From: a virus
Strand: one strand, 5' to 3'
Length of the DNA: 64,000 bases
IMG/VR virus record: IMGVR_UViG_3300022664_000309
Location: 1,160-65,159 of that record
Shown here: piece by piece, positions 1-8,179 of the stretch
How the letters are laid out: each line of letters starts with the position of its first letter
Numbering within the stretch: the stretch's first letter is position 1
Program-made: the position numbers and the translations under genes
The notes under the pieces: model-generated
Told to the model about the DNA's origin: nothing
What the model saw: the letters and a program-made list of their open reading frames with translations, nothing else
Database searches by the model: none

Positions 1-86
1 CTTTGCATACATACCAGTTCAAACAATTTATTCCATAGTATGCAAAGTATCTCCATTTCGTTTTTTTGCCGCATCGTTGCCTCTTT

Positions 87-113
87 AGCGCCCCCGCCAG
101 CGGGCGGGGTGCT
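87..113 (-). terminator. GC-rich hairpin just downstream of the leftward gene array
   Basis: AGCGCCCCCGCC-agcg-GGCGGGGTGCT imperfect inverted repeat, 8 nt from the stop of 122..547. Confidence 0.45.
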
Positions 114-121
114 TAATTGTT

Positions 122-547
122 TCAAGTTTCAATCGTTCTGGCTACCTTCAGGAAGATGTCTACCATCATTTCTTGATCGTTTGGATCTAGGTCTTCTACC
201 CATTTGTTTTTGCAGGTGTAAGTTCCTACCAGCTCCCCGTTCGGTGCTCGTATTTTGGCTATAAGATTTCCGACATCTCCATTGTAATATTGCACAATGT
301 ATGCGTATGTTCCGATTACTGCGCCCATGTCTTCAATTATCTCATCTTCGCTATAGACATCTGAACGATAGTCAATCAATACTCTACTTGCGGATATATC
401 GACATCTACTCTATATATTCCATTTGACTCGTCTTCAAGCGTGCTTTCGCTTATCATCTCCATTGTGTTGTAGTCTACTTCTTCTGTTGCCATTCCGATT
501 GTTGCTATTAGCAACAACATTCCGAGTATTCCGAATATAGTTTTCAT
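122..547 (-). CDS. Secreted acidic hypothetical protein
   Basis: N-terminal signal peptide MKTIFGILGMLLLIATIGMA; 141 aa. Confidence 0.8.
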   Translation of the reverse strand: MKTIFGILGMLLLIATIGMATEEVDYNTMEMISESTLEDESNGIYRVDVDISASRVLIDYRSDVYSEDEIIEDMGAVIGTYAYIVQYYNGDVGNLIAKIRAPNGELVGTYTCKNKWVEDLDPNDQEMMVDIFLKVARTIET

Positions 548-548
548 T

Positions 549-764
549 TTAGTTCACTCCTACATACCTTTCCATAGCAAACCATGCTTCTTCGGTTGTC
601 ATCATTCGTAATTTTTCTGCGAATGTGATAGATATTGGAAACCTATCAACCGATGACCTGGATTTATTGGGTTTTCGTTCAATGTAATAGTGGCCGTCGT
701 TGGCCTGCTTTAGCCAGATGAGGATATCAGTAGATACATTGCTTGCATCGATAATTACTCTCAT
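549..764 (-). CDS. Hypothetical protein
   Basis: GGAGTGAT RBS before ATG at 764; packed in operon. Confidence 0.6.
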   Translation of the reverse strand: MRVIIDASNVSTDILIWLKQANDGHYYIERKPNKSRSSVDRFPISITFAEKLRMMTTEEAWFAMERYVGVN

Positions 765-769
765 CGCGA

Positions 770-955
770 TCACTCCTTTTCCTCTAGTTCCTTTGTCCAT
801 TCTGCAACACTTACTTTTGATGGGACGTGTTGCAGAAACCCCAAAATGAAGTCCTTATCATCGGAGTGCTGTTCCAAAAGACGGGCCGTTTTGCTCCCGG
901 TCCGCTCATCAACATAGTCCAAATCAAAAGATATCGTAAATCGCATGCATCTCAT
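770..955 (-). CDS. Hypothetical protein
   Basis: ATGA overlap with upstream gene. Confidence 0.6.
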   Translation of the reverse strand: MRCMRFTISFDLDYVDERTGSKTARLLEQHSDDKDFILGFLQHVPSKVSVAEWTKELEEKE

Positions 956-1269
956 GGATCTGGGATTGAAAATGATATGCGATGTTCGTAGTCTAAATTC
1001 TGCACCCAGTTGCGAACTTCTGCGATCCTTTTTCTCAAAACGTCTACATATTCCGGAGTTCCGAATTTTGCGTATTCAAATTCAAATGTTGCACGCATAT
1101 CTCCCTTTTCAAACCAGGTGTTTCCGCCATTAAATATTCCTAGACCCCGCTCTCTATCAGTGTTTGTTAACAGTCTTGATGCAACGTACATAGGTGTTTC
1201 TTTACCATCAACGAGCACTAACTCATATTTGTGCCCGTCTTTAATTCCGTCTACCAATGTTATTTCCAT
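952..1269 (-). CDS. Hypothetical protein
   Basis: 105-aa ORF with GAGGT RBS, in operon. Confidence 0.7.
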   Translation of the reverse strand: MEITLVDGIKDGHKYELVLVDGKETPMYVASRLLTNTDRERGLGIFNGGNTWFEKGDMRATFEFEYAKFGTPEYVDVLRKRIAEVRNWVQNLDYEHRISFSIPDP

Positions 1270-1275
1270 TTTATC

Positions 1276-1524
1276 TTACCTCAACATTTCTTCAATTGTT
1301 ACTTTTTCTCCGTTCCAACTAATCCATATCGGGTGGAAGTTGCCGATTTGTCGGCCATTGCCTACCCGGTATTGGATCTCTCCGCTCGTTCGGTTCCTGA
1401 TAAAAACATCAATTTTTGTTCGGTCCCCCATTGCATTCAGGGTATAAACATCCCCAAACGCAACATCAAACTTGGCCCCATGATGCCAATTTGCGTTTCC
1501 TGGCGGAACTTTTCTAATTTTCAT
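1276..1524 (-). CDS. Hypothetical protein
   Basis: AAGGTG RBS before ATG at 1524 (MKIRKVP). Confidence 0.65.
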   Translation of the reverse strand: MKIRKVPPGNANWHHGAKFDVAFGDVYTLNAMGDRTKIDVFIRNRTSGEIQYRVGNGRQIGNFHPIWISWNGEKVTIEEMLR

Positions 1525-1957
1525 TGATAACACCTTGAAACCGGTATGGACCCCTGCGATTCTCAGCAATGCTTCTATCTGCTGTGGCCAGTTCCTCGGG
1601 ATTGTCAAATGACCTGTAGAATACGAAATTCGTTTTGATCGCTCCTAGATTCTTGGAAAGGTTGGCCCCCATTCTTATCGAGGTGTCCAGGCCCACCAGC
1701 AATCCTTCTCCAACTGGAATTATTATGTAGCAATGATCTCCAGGGCCGGGATCAGTTCGAACCACAATTTTAGGGTTATATCCGTGGTCCTTGAAGAACT
1801 GCCAATTGGCAGAGGCCATGTCCGCGCAATCAAAGACATCCTCCTCCCAGGGCTGGGTAAAATGATGAGAGTTGACCAGCTCTTCAACTTCCTCAAGATT
1901 GCCGGCAATGACTGTTGGTGTCAAACACAGCAATGCGATAACCCAAATGAATTTCAT
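1514..1957 (-). CDS. Secreted transglutaminase/papain-like Cys-protease-like protein
   Basis: Signal peptide MKFIWVIALLCLTPTVIA; FDCADMA...HCY...LD pattern of a Cys-His-Asp triad. Confidence 0.55.
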   Translation of the reverse strand: MKFIWVIALLCLTPTVIAGNLEEVEELVNSHHFTQPWEEDVFDCADMASANWQFFKDHGYNPKIVVRTDPGPGDHCYIIIPVGEGLLVGLDTSIRMGANLSKNLGAIKTNFVFYRSFDNPEELATADRSIAENRRGPYRFQGVINEN

Positions 1958-2115
1958 CTTAGCCCCACCACGCGTCGCATAACCCAGATCAAATGTGTGG
2001 TTTTGAAAGTGGTACACATATCGAATTCATTGCTCCAATATCTAAAATCCTTCTGACTATGCGCAAACGCTGTGCAGTTTACTAATTCTTCTTCACTTAT
2101 TGTAAAAGGTTTCAC
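1954..2115 (-). CDS. Small hypothetical protein (53 aa, not in ORF track)
   Basis: GGGGTGAT RBS, GTG start, stop overlaps next ATG (ATGA). Confidence 0.5.
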   Translation of the reverse strand: MKPFTISEEELVNCTAFAHSQKDFRYWSNEFDMCTTFKTTHLIWVMRRVVGLR

Positions 2116-2150
2116 AGTAAATCACCCCTAGCATGAGTTGCTATAAAGAC

Positions 2151-2951
2151 TTAACCAGCTACCCACAGAGAATAGCGAGGAGCCTTTTCATCTTCAACTC
2201 TCCTTTTCATTTCGTTTACCATTCCTATTTGCATCCTTACCGATGTTAGATAAAATTTTATTCTGTCTCTATCTGGATCGGCGAACAGGGCTTCGATCAG
2301 TAATATCACGTTTGTTTGTAAGTTTCTGATCCAGTGCAAAACAGCGGGATCAGTCTCGATTGCTAATTGTTCATCTATGAACTTCTTCAGATCGTTCATT
2401 TCTTTTATCAATTCGGGCATTTTGTCGTCTGGATATAGGGCCTTCCATACCTTGTTATATGCTTCATCAAGTTCGATGTATTTGTATGGTGCCTTCCCTT
2501 CCGGGAAAAACTCATCTGGTAGGCAATAGGCCATATAACCATACTCTCCGTCTGCATCAGCAATATACACTGCATTTGGTGCACATGGCGAACACAATGG
2601 TCCGAAAGTCACATATGGCGACTTGGCTATGAATAAATCGTATGTTATCAATTCTATTTTGTATCCATCGTGTTCATATAGTCTGGAATCTTCGCTTTCG
2701 TCCCAGTTTTCGAACATTTCTTCTGCGATTGATTCTTTTAATTTCTCGATTTCGGTTTCTTTATCCAATCCTCGTTCTTTTGCGAACTCTTTTATTGGTT
2801 CGAACAATTCGTCAATTTCAAGCTCGATTTCTTTTATTGCAAGGTTTTCCGAGTTATCATAAAATTCTTCGTATGCGAACCAGGGGTCTAGATCGTGTAA
2901 TGGTATCACCCCGTATCTGATACCTGTTTTCGGATCTGTGTTTGGTATCAT
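2151..2951 (-). CDS. Phage-type hypothetical protein
   Basis: NTDPKTGIRYGVI N-terminus and CSPCAPNA motif; GGAGGT RBS. Confidence 0.75.
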   Translation of the reverse strand: MIPNTDPKTGIRYGVIPLHDLDPWFAYEEFYDNSENLAIKEIELEIDELFEPIKEFAKERGLDKETEIEKLKESIAEEMFENWDESEDSRLYEHDGYKIELITYDLFIAKSPYVTFGPLCSPCAPNAVYIADADGEYGYMAYCLPDEFFPEGKAPYKYIELDEAYNKVWKALYPDDKMPELIKEMNDLKKFIDEQLAIETDPAVLHWIRNLQTNVILLIEALFADPDRDRIKFYLTSVRMQIGMVNEMKRRVEDEKAPRYSLWVAG

Positions 2952-3457
2952 GTTACCTCCCATTGCAATTCTTTGTCGGATAGCTTTGCATACTTTTCGA
3001 ATGCTGTATCCAGTTCCAGCATGCTGAATCCCAAATAAGATAATTTAGTACGCATCGATAAGAGCAGTTCCCGGAAATAAATTACAATCTCACGTGGATC
3101 ATTTTCAACTCCTCCCATATTCGCATACAAATGCGTCAGCATAGTCTCGTCTTTCACTCTGATAAAAATCGTTACCTTTACTTGAGTCGTGACATAATAT
3201 AAAGATTGTTTTATCCAGAAATCTTTGGCCTTTTCAAGATCTTCGCAAGCATATTTATAAAATTCTCTGCGCTCATTGCCGTGATAATAGTGCCATTTAT
3301 TTATAGGTACAAAATAATGATCTTCATCTAGCCGGAGCGCATTTGTTTCGTGTTTCCTAACAATACTGCCATAACTCTGCTCAAAAGATCCTATCTGATC
3401 ATCTTCTTCCCCAATTGATAACTCAACACCCCCCAACGTTAAATGGGCTTCAATCAT
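2948..3457 (-). CDS. Hypothetical protein
   Basis: ORF in operon; start uncertain (3457-3529). Confidence 0.65.
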   Translation of the reverse strand: MIEAHLTLGGVELSIGEEDDQIGSFEQSYGSIVRKHETNALRLDEDHYFVPINKWHYYHGNERREFYKYACEDLEKAKDFWIKQSLYYVTTQVKVTIFIRVKDETMLTHLYANMGGVENDPREIVIYFRELLLSMRTKLSYLGFSMLELDTAFEKYAKLSDKELQWEVT

Positions 3458-3899
3458 CAATAATCTCCCCATAATTATCATTCTCAATAAATGCTTCTTC
3501 TGCGCAAGATTCCGAACAGAATTTTCCATAATCAGGATCTCCGTAGATTACGAAAAATTCTTTGTCATCTCTCGGTTTGCCACAGTGATCGCATTTTGGC
3601 AATGATTCGTAGTGCTTCTCGATATCCTTTCTCAGTTCATCAATATCTTGAGGTTCGCCCTCTACCATGTCAAAATGGCCAAACGCAATCCCTATTTCCT
3701 CATCAGGGTGATCGGCCTGCAATGCCTCTCTGACCTTGATCGCTGCGTCCAAGGCTTCTCTTGGGTCGTCGTATTCTCCTTCACCTGGATAATCCGTGGC
3801 AAGCATATCTGAACCGGCGTAATCGATTCCTGGATATGCTATTTCTACCATATATTGTCCAGAGTAAAAATAATGTTGGCAATTTACGAAGTATGGCAT
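3450..3899 (-). CDS. Acidic protein with C-terminal Zn finger
   Basis: CDHC...FCSESC; GAGGTGAT RBS. Confidence 0.75.
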   Translation of the reverse strand: MPYFVNCQHYFYSGQYMVEIAYPGIDYAGSDMLATDYPGEGEYDDPREALDAAIKVREALQADHPDEEIGIAFGHFDMVEGEPQDIDELRKDIEKHYESLPKCDHCGKPRDDKEFFVIYGDPDYGKFCSESCAEEAFIENDNYGEIIDD

Positions 3900-4017
3900 T
3901 TTTAATCACCTCACATGTTGGTTATGACATCCAACTTTTCCATCCTTTCCTTTGCTTCCACGATCTCCACCTCGGTGAATCCCCATTCGATTAGTTCGCC
4001 TGTTAATTCATAGTGGG

Positions 4018-4548
4018 TTACCAGCTCGAACTGTATTCGAAGTACCATCCATCTAGATCGCTGCTCAAGACTTTATCGAGAACTTCTTTTGTCTTTTTGA
4101 TGTCGGACATGTAGTGTTCATCATATTCTGTTGACCCAAAGAAGCATCCTCTGGTAGTGGGCATCAATGACGCTATCTCATCTGTATTGGCTATGATGTT
4201 GCCATCCTCGTAAATAGGCGTAAATGGTCCACCATCTATGGAAACTTCTCCATTTTTTACTCTACCAGGAACCTCCTTAGCTGTCGAGATTACCTTGGCG
4301 CATAAATCCCGGAGACTGGTTAATTGTTCAACCGAAACATCGTATGTACCGCAATCATCCTTTCCTTCTTGGATGTTTTGGACAAACCAATTGTGGATAG
4401 CATTTGCCTTTCTCCAGTACTTTACTCGATATTTAACTTGATCAACTTTGTCACTGAAGGGGCATCCAACTGCCTCTTTGATTTTGCTTTCCAATTCTTC
4501 GTAGTCCCATAAATACTTTTTAGCTATTAGATACATGTCGAGTCCCAT
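4018..4548 (-). CDS. Conserved phage protein of the MGLDMY.../YWRKANAIH type
   Basis: MGLDMY start, YWRKANAIHNWF, GCFFGSTEYD, C-terminal YSSSW. Confidence 0.8.
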   Translation of the reverse strand: MGLDMYLIAKKYLWDYEELESKIKEAVGCPFSDKVDQVKYRVKYWRKANAIHNWFVQNIQEGKDDCGTYDVSVEQLTSLRDLCAKVISTAKEVPGRVKNGEVSIDGGPFTPIYEDGNIIANTDEIASLMPTTRGCFFGSTEYDEHYMSDIKKTKEVLDKVLSSDLDGWYFEYSSSW

Positions 4549-4549
4549 C

Positions 4550-4597
4550 TCAGGCCACCTCCTCAACTTCTTCTGCCATTTCAATCCAGGCTATCAT
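4550..4597 (-). CDS. 15-aa mini-ORF MIAWIEMAEEVEEVA
   Basis: TAA-ATG coupled start; ends in the junction repeat. Confidence 0.4.
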   Translation of the reverse strand: MIAWIEMAEEVEEVA

Positions 4598-4750
4598 TTA
4601 TATCACAACTCCTGTTAAAAATATGATAATTCCGATGATTGGTCCAAATTTAGAACCCCATCGTTCAAACCAGTTCCAGTGATTTGGATTACCCATAAGA
4701 AGTGTCCATATAGTCATGAAACTGCCGATTGCCATTGTGACAGGTTCCAT
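4598..4750 (-). CDS. Small membrane peptide (50 aa)
   Basis: Two hydrophobic segments; starts at a junction repeat. Confidence 0.6.
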   Translation of the reverse strand: MEPVTMAIGSFMTIWTLLMGNPNHWNWFERWGSKFGPIIGIIIFLTGVVI

Positions 4751-4772
4751 CTCAGGCCACTTCCTCAAAGTC

Positions 4773-5051
4773 TTATTCACTCACCATTGATGCTTCAACA
4801 AACTTAGTCAAAACCGGCTCTGCCCAGCTTGTAATATCCCATGTATCTGGCTCATATGTTATCTCTTCAACTGTTACAATCAGACCGTCAGTTAGGTTCA
4901 GTATCAGCGAAAGATATTCCGATGTTATTCTCAGTTCAGCAGATACAACTTTATTGCGATTTACTGAGCAATAATCACTATCCAATATACTGATCATCTC
5001 ATTTATGATCTGGTCAACCAGGACTTCATCAATCTTTACAATTTGTTTCAT
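4773..5051 (-). CDS. Hypothetical protein
   Basis: GGAGGT RBS before MKQIVK. Confidence 0.65.
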   Translation of the reverse strand: MKQIVKIDEVLVDQIINEMISILDSDYCSVNRNKVVSAELRITSEYLSLILNLTDGLIVTVEEITYEPDTWDITSWAEPVLTKFVEASMVSE

Positions 5052-5241
5052 GATAACCTCCATATCTACGTGCTTTTCCAGAGCAAATCGGACCCATCCC
5101 ATCTTTAACAGATTCGGGATGAGTCAGTTTCCTGCCACAACAAACACAAGTTGTTATGCCGTCGCCTTTAGGTTTGAAAGCCTTGCAGGCTGGAGTTATT
5201 TTGCCATTTTCAATCAAAATCCTTCCCATTCCAACCACCAT
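5029..5241 (-). CDS. DUF6011-like Zn-finger protein
   Basis: CVCCGRKLTHPESVKDGMGPIC motif. Confidence 0.7.
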   Translation of the reverse strand: MVVGMGRILIENGKITPACKAFKPKGDGITTCVCCGRKLTHPESVKDGMGPICSGKARRYGGYHETNCKD

Positions 5242-5262
5242 ATACCAGACAATCTGACCATC

Positions 5263-5388
5263 TCAGGCCACCTCCTCGATCTTCTCATCAAACATTTCTT
5301 TTTCCCACGCCGTGGTTGCTTCTTCGATGTTCCCCGATCTCATGTTTTTGCGATAGATCGCGTCTATCGCTTGGTGTAGACCGAACAC
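5263..5388 (-). CDS. 41-aa peptide ending KIEEVA
   Basis: GTG start and stop both lie within junction repeats. Confidence 0.5.
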   Translation of the reverse strand: MFGLHQAIDAIYRKNMRSGNIEEATTAWEKEMFDEKIEEVA

Positions 5389-5490
5389 TTAGGCCACCTC
5401 CTCCGCGCTGTCCTTGGATTGCTCTCTTGCTTCTCTTCGCTCAATACAGTCCTCCACAAATTGGTCTATAAGATCGCTCATGGCGGTCAT
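5389..5490 (-). CDS. 33-aa peptide ending SAEEVA
   Basis: ATG start and stop both lie within junction repeats. Confidence 0.5.
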   Translation of the reverse strand: MTAMSDLIDQFVEDCIERREAREQSKDSAEEVA

Positions 5491-5784
5491 CTAGGCCACC
5501 TCCTCTTCATGAATTTCCGAGTTGCCGCAATTGCATTTCACGATTTCGGCGTAATCGGCACCATAACGATGTTCATTCCTCCCCGGCCAGTCCGCTTCAT
5601 CCAGCTCAACATAACCGCATTTCCGCAATTCTGCGGCTTTTACCCCATAACGGGGTAATTGAAAAACGTCTATCAGATCCCGGACTGCTTCGGAATATTT
5701 TTTGAAGCACGCCAGATGATCCGGGAGACATCCATGAGACCCGCTCATGGCGATATAGTGGGGTTTATTCTTCTTCGTCGGCAT
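5491..5784 (-). CDS. Cys/His hypothetical protein, paralog of 6191..6469
   Basis: NKPHYIAMSGSHGCLPD...GADYAEIVKCNC. Confidence 0.75.
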   Translation of the reverse strand: MPTKKNKPHYIAMSGSHGCLPDHLACFKKYSEAVRDLIDVFQLPRYGVKAAELRKCGYVELDEADWPGRNEHRYGADYAEIVKCNCGNSEIHEEEVA

Positions 5785-5971
5785 GGTATTCTTCAACTCC
5801 TGATAATTCGTATATGTCTTTCCAAATCTTTTCACAACACTCGCAGTGAGTGAGAGTCCACAGCTCGTCATCATGGCGTATATGCTCCGACCAAATTTCT
5901 TCAGAATCGCAGTATATGCAACGATTACCACCATTCTTTAGGTAATTAGCCTTTACATCTGTGCTTAACAT
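5765..5971 (-). CDS. Small Zn-ribbon phage protein
   Basis: YLKNGGNRCIYC...CECCEKIWKDIY. Confidence 0.7.
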   Translation of the reverse strand: MLSTDVKANYLKNGGNRCIYCDSEEIWSEHIRHDDELWTLTHCECCEKIWKDIYELSGVEEYHADEEE

Positions 5972-5972
5972 T

Positions 5973-6194
5973 TCAATCATCCGCCGCATAATTGATGTCT
6001 TGGCCAAGCCTAAAGACATGTTTTTCAAGGTATGGGATATTGCCGGAGATTCCGTAAATCGTGCCATCTCGGGTTATAAAGATGGCTCCAATGTCGTCAT
6101 CAACAATTCCAAAATCGGCCAGAATTTGGGATACGTCTTGGCTGTCCGAGATGAACATCGCGTCTTCTGGAATGTCTTTAACTTGCATTATCAA
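5973..6194 (-). CDS. Hypothetical protein
   Basis: ORF overlapping the stop of the upstream gene. Confidence 0.6.
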   Translation of the reverse strand: MIMQVKDIPEDAMFISDSQDVSQILADFGIVDDDIGAIFITRDGTIYGISGNIPYLEKHVFRLGQDINYAADD

Positions 6195-6469
6195 TCACCG
6201 TTGTGTATTCCAATGTTGTTGCATTCGCATTTTACGATTTCGGCATAATCTGCGCCGAAATCACGAATTTCTGATGAATTTGGGCCGCCGTCGTCATCAA
6301 GCGTAACGTAACCACATTCTCGCAACACTCTGGCTTCTTTTCCGTATGGCGGTAGATCGAATACGTCTATCAGGTGTTGGACTGCTTCTGAATATGTTGG
6401 AAATGCTGCGATATTGTCCGGGAAGCAGCCATAGCTTCCGGACATCGCTATGAAATGGGGTTTATTCAT
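6191..6469 (-). CDS. Cys/His hypothetical protein, paralog of 5491..5784
   Basis: NKPHFIAMSGSYGCFPD...GADYAEIVKCEC. Confidence 0.75.
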   Translation of the reverse strand: MNKPHFIAMSGSYGCFPDNIAAFPTYSEAVQHLIDVFDLPPYGKEARVLRECGYVTLDDDGGPNSSEIRDFGADYAEIVKCECNNIGIHNGD

Positions 6470-6535
6470 TTACATCACGTCCGAAACTTTATAAAATTCT
6501 CCATCTGGGATGTCTGAAATTTTCATATGAATCTA

Positions 6536-7054
6536 CTACTCCAGTCCTGCAAATTTCAATATTTCGAATATCTCTTTGTGGAGTTTTGGTGTCATCTTGA
6601 TTTCGTGTTTGCCTTTTTCCAGAGCCGTTTCTGACAATTCGTGGACTGCAAACTGTAGTGCATAATAGGCAGTAGCAATGTCTTTGTCGTTTTGCCAATA
6701 AAAATTCTTGACTTGTTTCCATTCGGTTTTATGATCAAATATTTCAAATTTCAGGCATATTCGATCGTTGGATGATTCATCATTTGTGCTCAGGTACATT
6801 CTCATACCAATGCTGAAATTTCGGTCCACTACTTGTCTGGACGGGCCGATATCAAAAGTAAACTCTTCTCCGCGTTGTTTGATTCCTCCATTCATCCAAT
6901 CAATTATTTGACTCCATGATAGTATTTTATTGGTTGGTCCAATATCTGCTTTCTTTCCGAATGCGTGTATCAGAGGAAATGCGTGCTCCATTGAGCTGTA
7001 TAGGTATTCGCATTTCATGAGTTCCATCGCTTTTTCACGAGAAATCATCAGCAA
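6536..7054 (-). CDS. Hypothetical protein
   Basis: 172-aa ORF in operon. Confidence 0.7.
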   Translation of the reverse strand: MLMISREKAMELMKCEYLYSSMEHAFPLIHAFGKKADIGPTNKILSWSQIIDWMNGGIKQRGEEFTFDIGPSRQVVDRNFSIGMRMYLSTNDESSNDRICLKFEIFDHKTEWKQVKNFYWQNDKDIATAYYALQFAVHELSETALEKGKHEIKMTPKLHKEIFEILKFAGLE

Positions 7055-7464
7055 TCGCCTCGGTTCTTAACACGCTTTGCGTGCACCATGTCACTGTTTC
7101 CAATATTAACACCATGCCATCTCTGGCCGTTTATATTAAACCAGCAATCTCTTCGGCCATCTTTTCCGGCAAAGTTGTGCCATGAGGTTTTCACATAAGC
7201 ATTCCATCTATATGATCCGTCCCAAGTCCCTACGTGATATTGTTTGATCCAAGGATATACATCATCTGGATTTTGGGTATATCCTATATAGAATACCGCT
7301 CTTCCTGTTTTCAGAGCGTTTTCTACTTCTAATTGAGCAAGTTTCTTGTTATGGTTGGTTATGTCTTCATCAGTCAATGGCTCCTCTATAAGCCCATTTG
7401 GATCATATATTCGCTTATTTCCAAAGTTAAAAATATATCCGTGAGGCAATAACTTATCAATCAT
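7048..7464 (-). CDS. Hypothetical protein
   Basis: 138 aa, GGAGGA RBS; phage-like C-terminus CWFNINGQRWHGVNIG. Confidence 0.7.
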   Translation of the reverse strand: MIDKLLPHGYIFNFGNKRIYDPNGLIEEPLTDEDITNHNKKLAQLEVENALKTGRAVFYIGYTQNPDDVYPWIKQYHVGTWDGSYRWNAYVKTSWHNFAGKDGRRDCWFNINGQRWHGVNIGNSDMVHAKRVKNRGDC

Positions 7465-7678
7465 ACAATCCTCCTAGATGATCTGCCAGTTGATAAAATA
7501 CGGGCGTATCAGCCATCTCCCGCAATACTGTGGCTTCCCAGGGCTTGATCGGGGTGAATTTTCCGGTGCTTCGCCGGAGAGCATGCTCTTCAAAGGTTCT
7601 GACCTTCTTCAGGCCGTTCCGGACGGGATATTTTTCGCCCAGACTAAACTGGAAGAGAGGCCCGGCAATCTGCTTCAT
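7457..7678 (-). CDS. Hypothetical protein
   Basis: Coupled by ATGA to a 27-aa mini-ORF at 7675..7758. Confidence 0.6.
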   Translation of the reverse strand: MKQIAGPLFQFSLGEKYPVRNGLKKVRTFEEHALRRSTGKFTPIKPWEATVLREMADTPVFYQLADHLGGLYD

Positions 7679-7758
7679 GCCTCTGCCTCCACGGAGATGC
7701 CTATCAGCTCTCCCGATTCTTCGTAATAGGTGATTCCGTCGCAGGTGGTTGTGGTCAT

Positions 7759-8175
7759 TTAGGCCACAACCTTCGCACTGGGAAATGCTTCAACTATGGC
7801 CTCATCATAGGGTCCGGCCCAGAATGGGTTGTTTCCTGGAAGCGGGTTTTGAGGTGCATTTACGTAGAAGCGAAGTTTTTTCTCCTCTTTGAGGGCTCTG
7901 AGTTTGGTGAGAATGGCCTCATCAGGCTTGCCGCCCACGGTCTGCACTGCAACCATTGGTTTCCCCTTGTGCTCGTAGCGAACTATCAGCAATTTGCTGC
8001 TTGTTTTCTCGGCGGCGGGCTTGGGGGTCTTGGTTTTTCTGGTCTTGGCTGGTATCTGGACAGGGGTCTGAGTCGCGGTGCTCGCAAAAACCAGCATTGA
8101 GGTTAAGATGGCCTCATCATCTATTTTTTCGACAGTTTCAACTACCTTTTTTCTAAGTATGCTTATTTTGCTCAT
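7759..8175 (-). CDS. Basic hypothetical protein, first gene of the leftward array
   Basis: Strong RBS AAGGAGTGA; Lys/Thr/Pro linker. Confidence 0.8.
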   Translation of the reverse strand: MSKISILRKKVVETVEKIDDEAILTSMLVFASTATQTPVQIPAKTRKTKTPKPAAEKTSSKLLIVRYEHKGKPMVAVQTVGGKPDEAILTKLRALKEEKKLRFYVNAPQNPLPGNNPFWAGPYDEAIVEAFPSAKVVA

Positions 8176-8179
8176 TTGG

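Larger units (their letters stand above)
4546..7767 (-). repeat. Dispersed RBS-stop-start junction repeat GAGGAGGTGGCC-stop-(G)-ATG/GTG
   Basis: Copies at 4546-4565, 4748-4767, 5259-5277, 5386-5403, 5488-5505 and a partial copy at 7756-7767. Confidence 0.85.

Noticed and set aside
4546..5505. CRISPR array formed by the junction repeats
   Set aside because: Spacing is irregular (about 100-500 nt), intervening sequences are ORFs, and no cas genes are present
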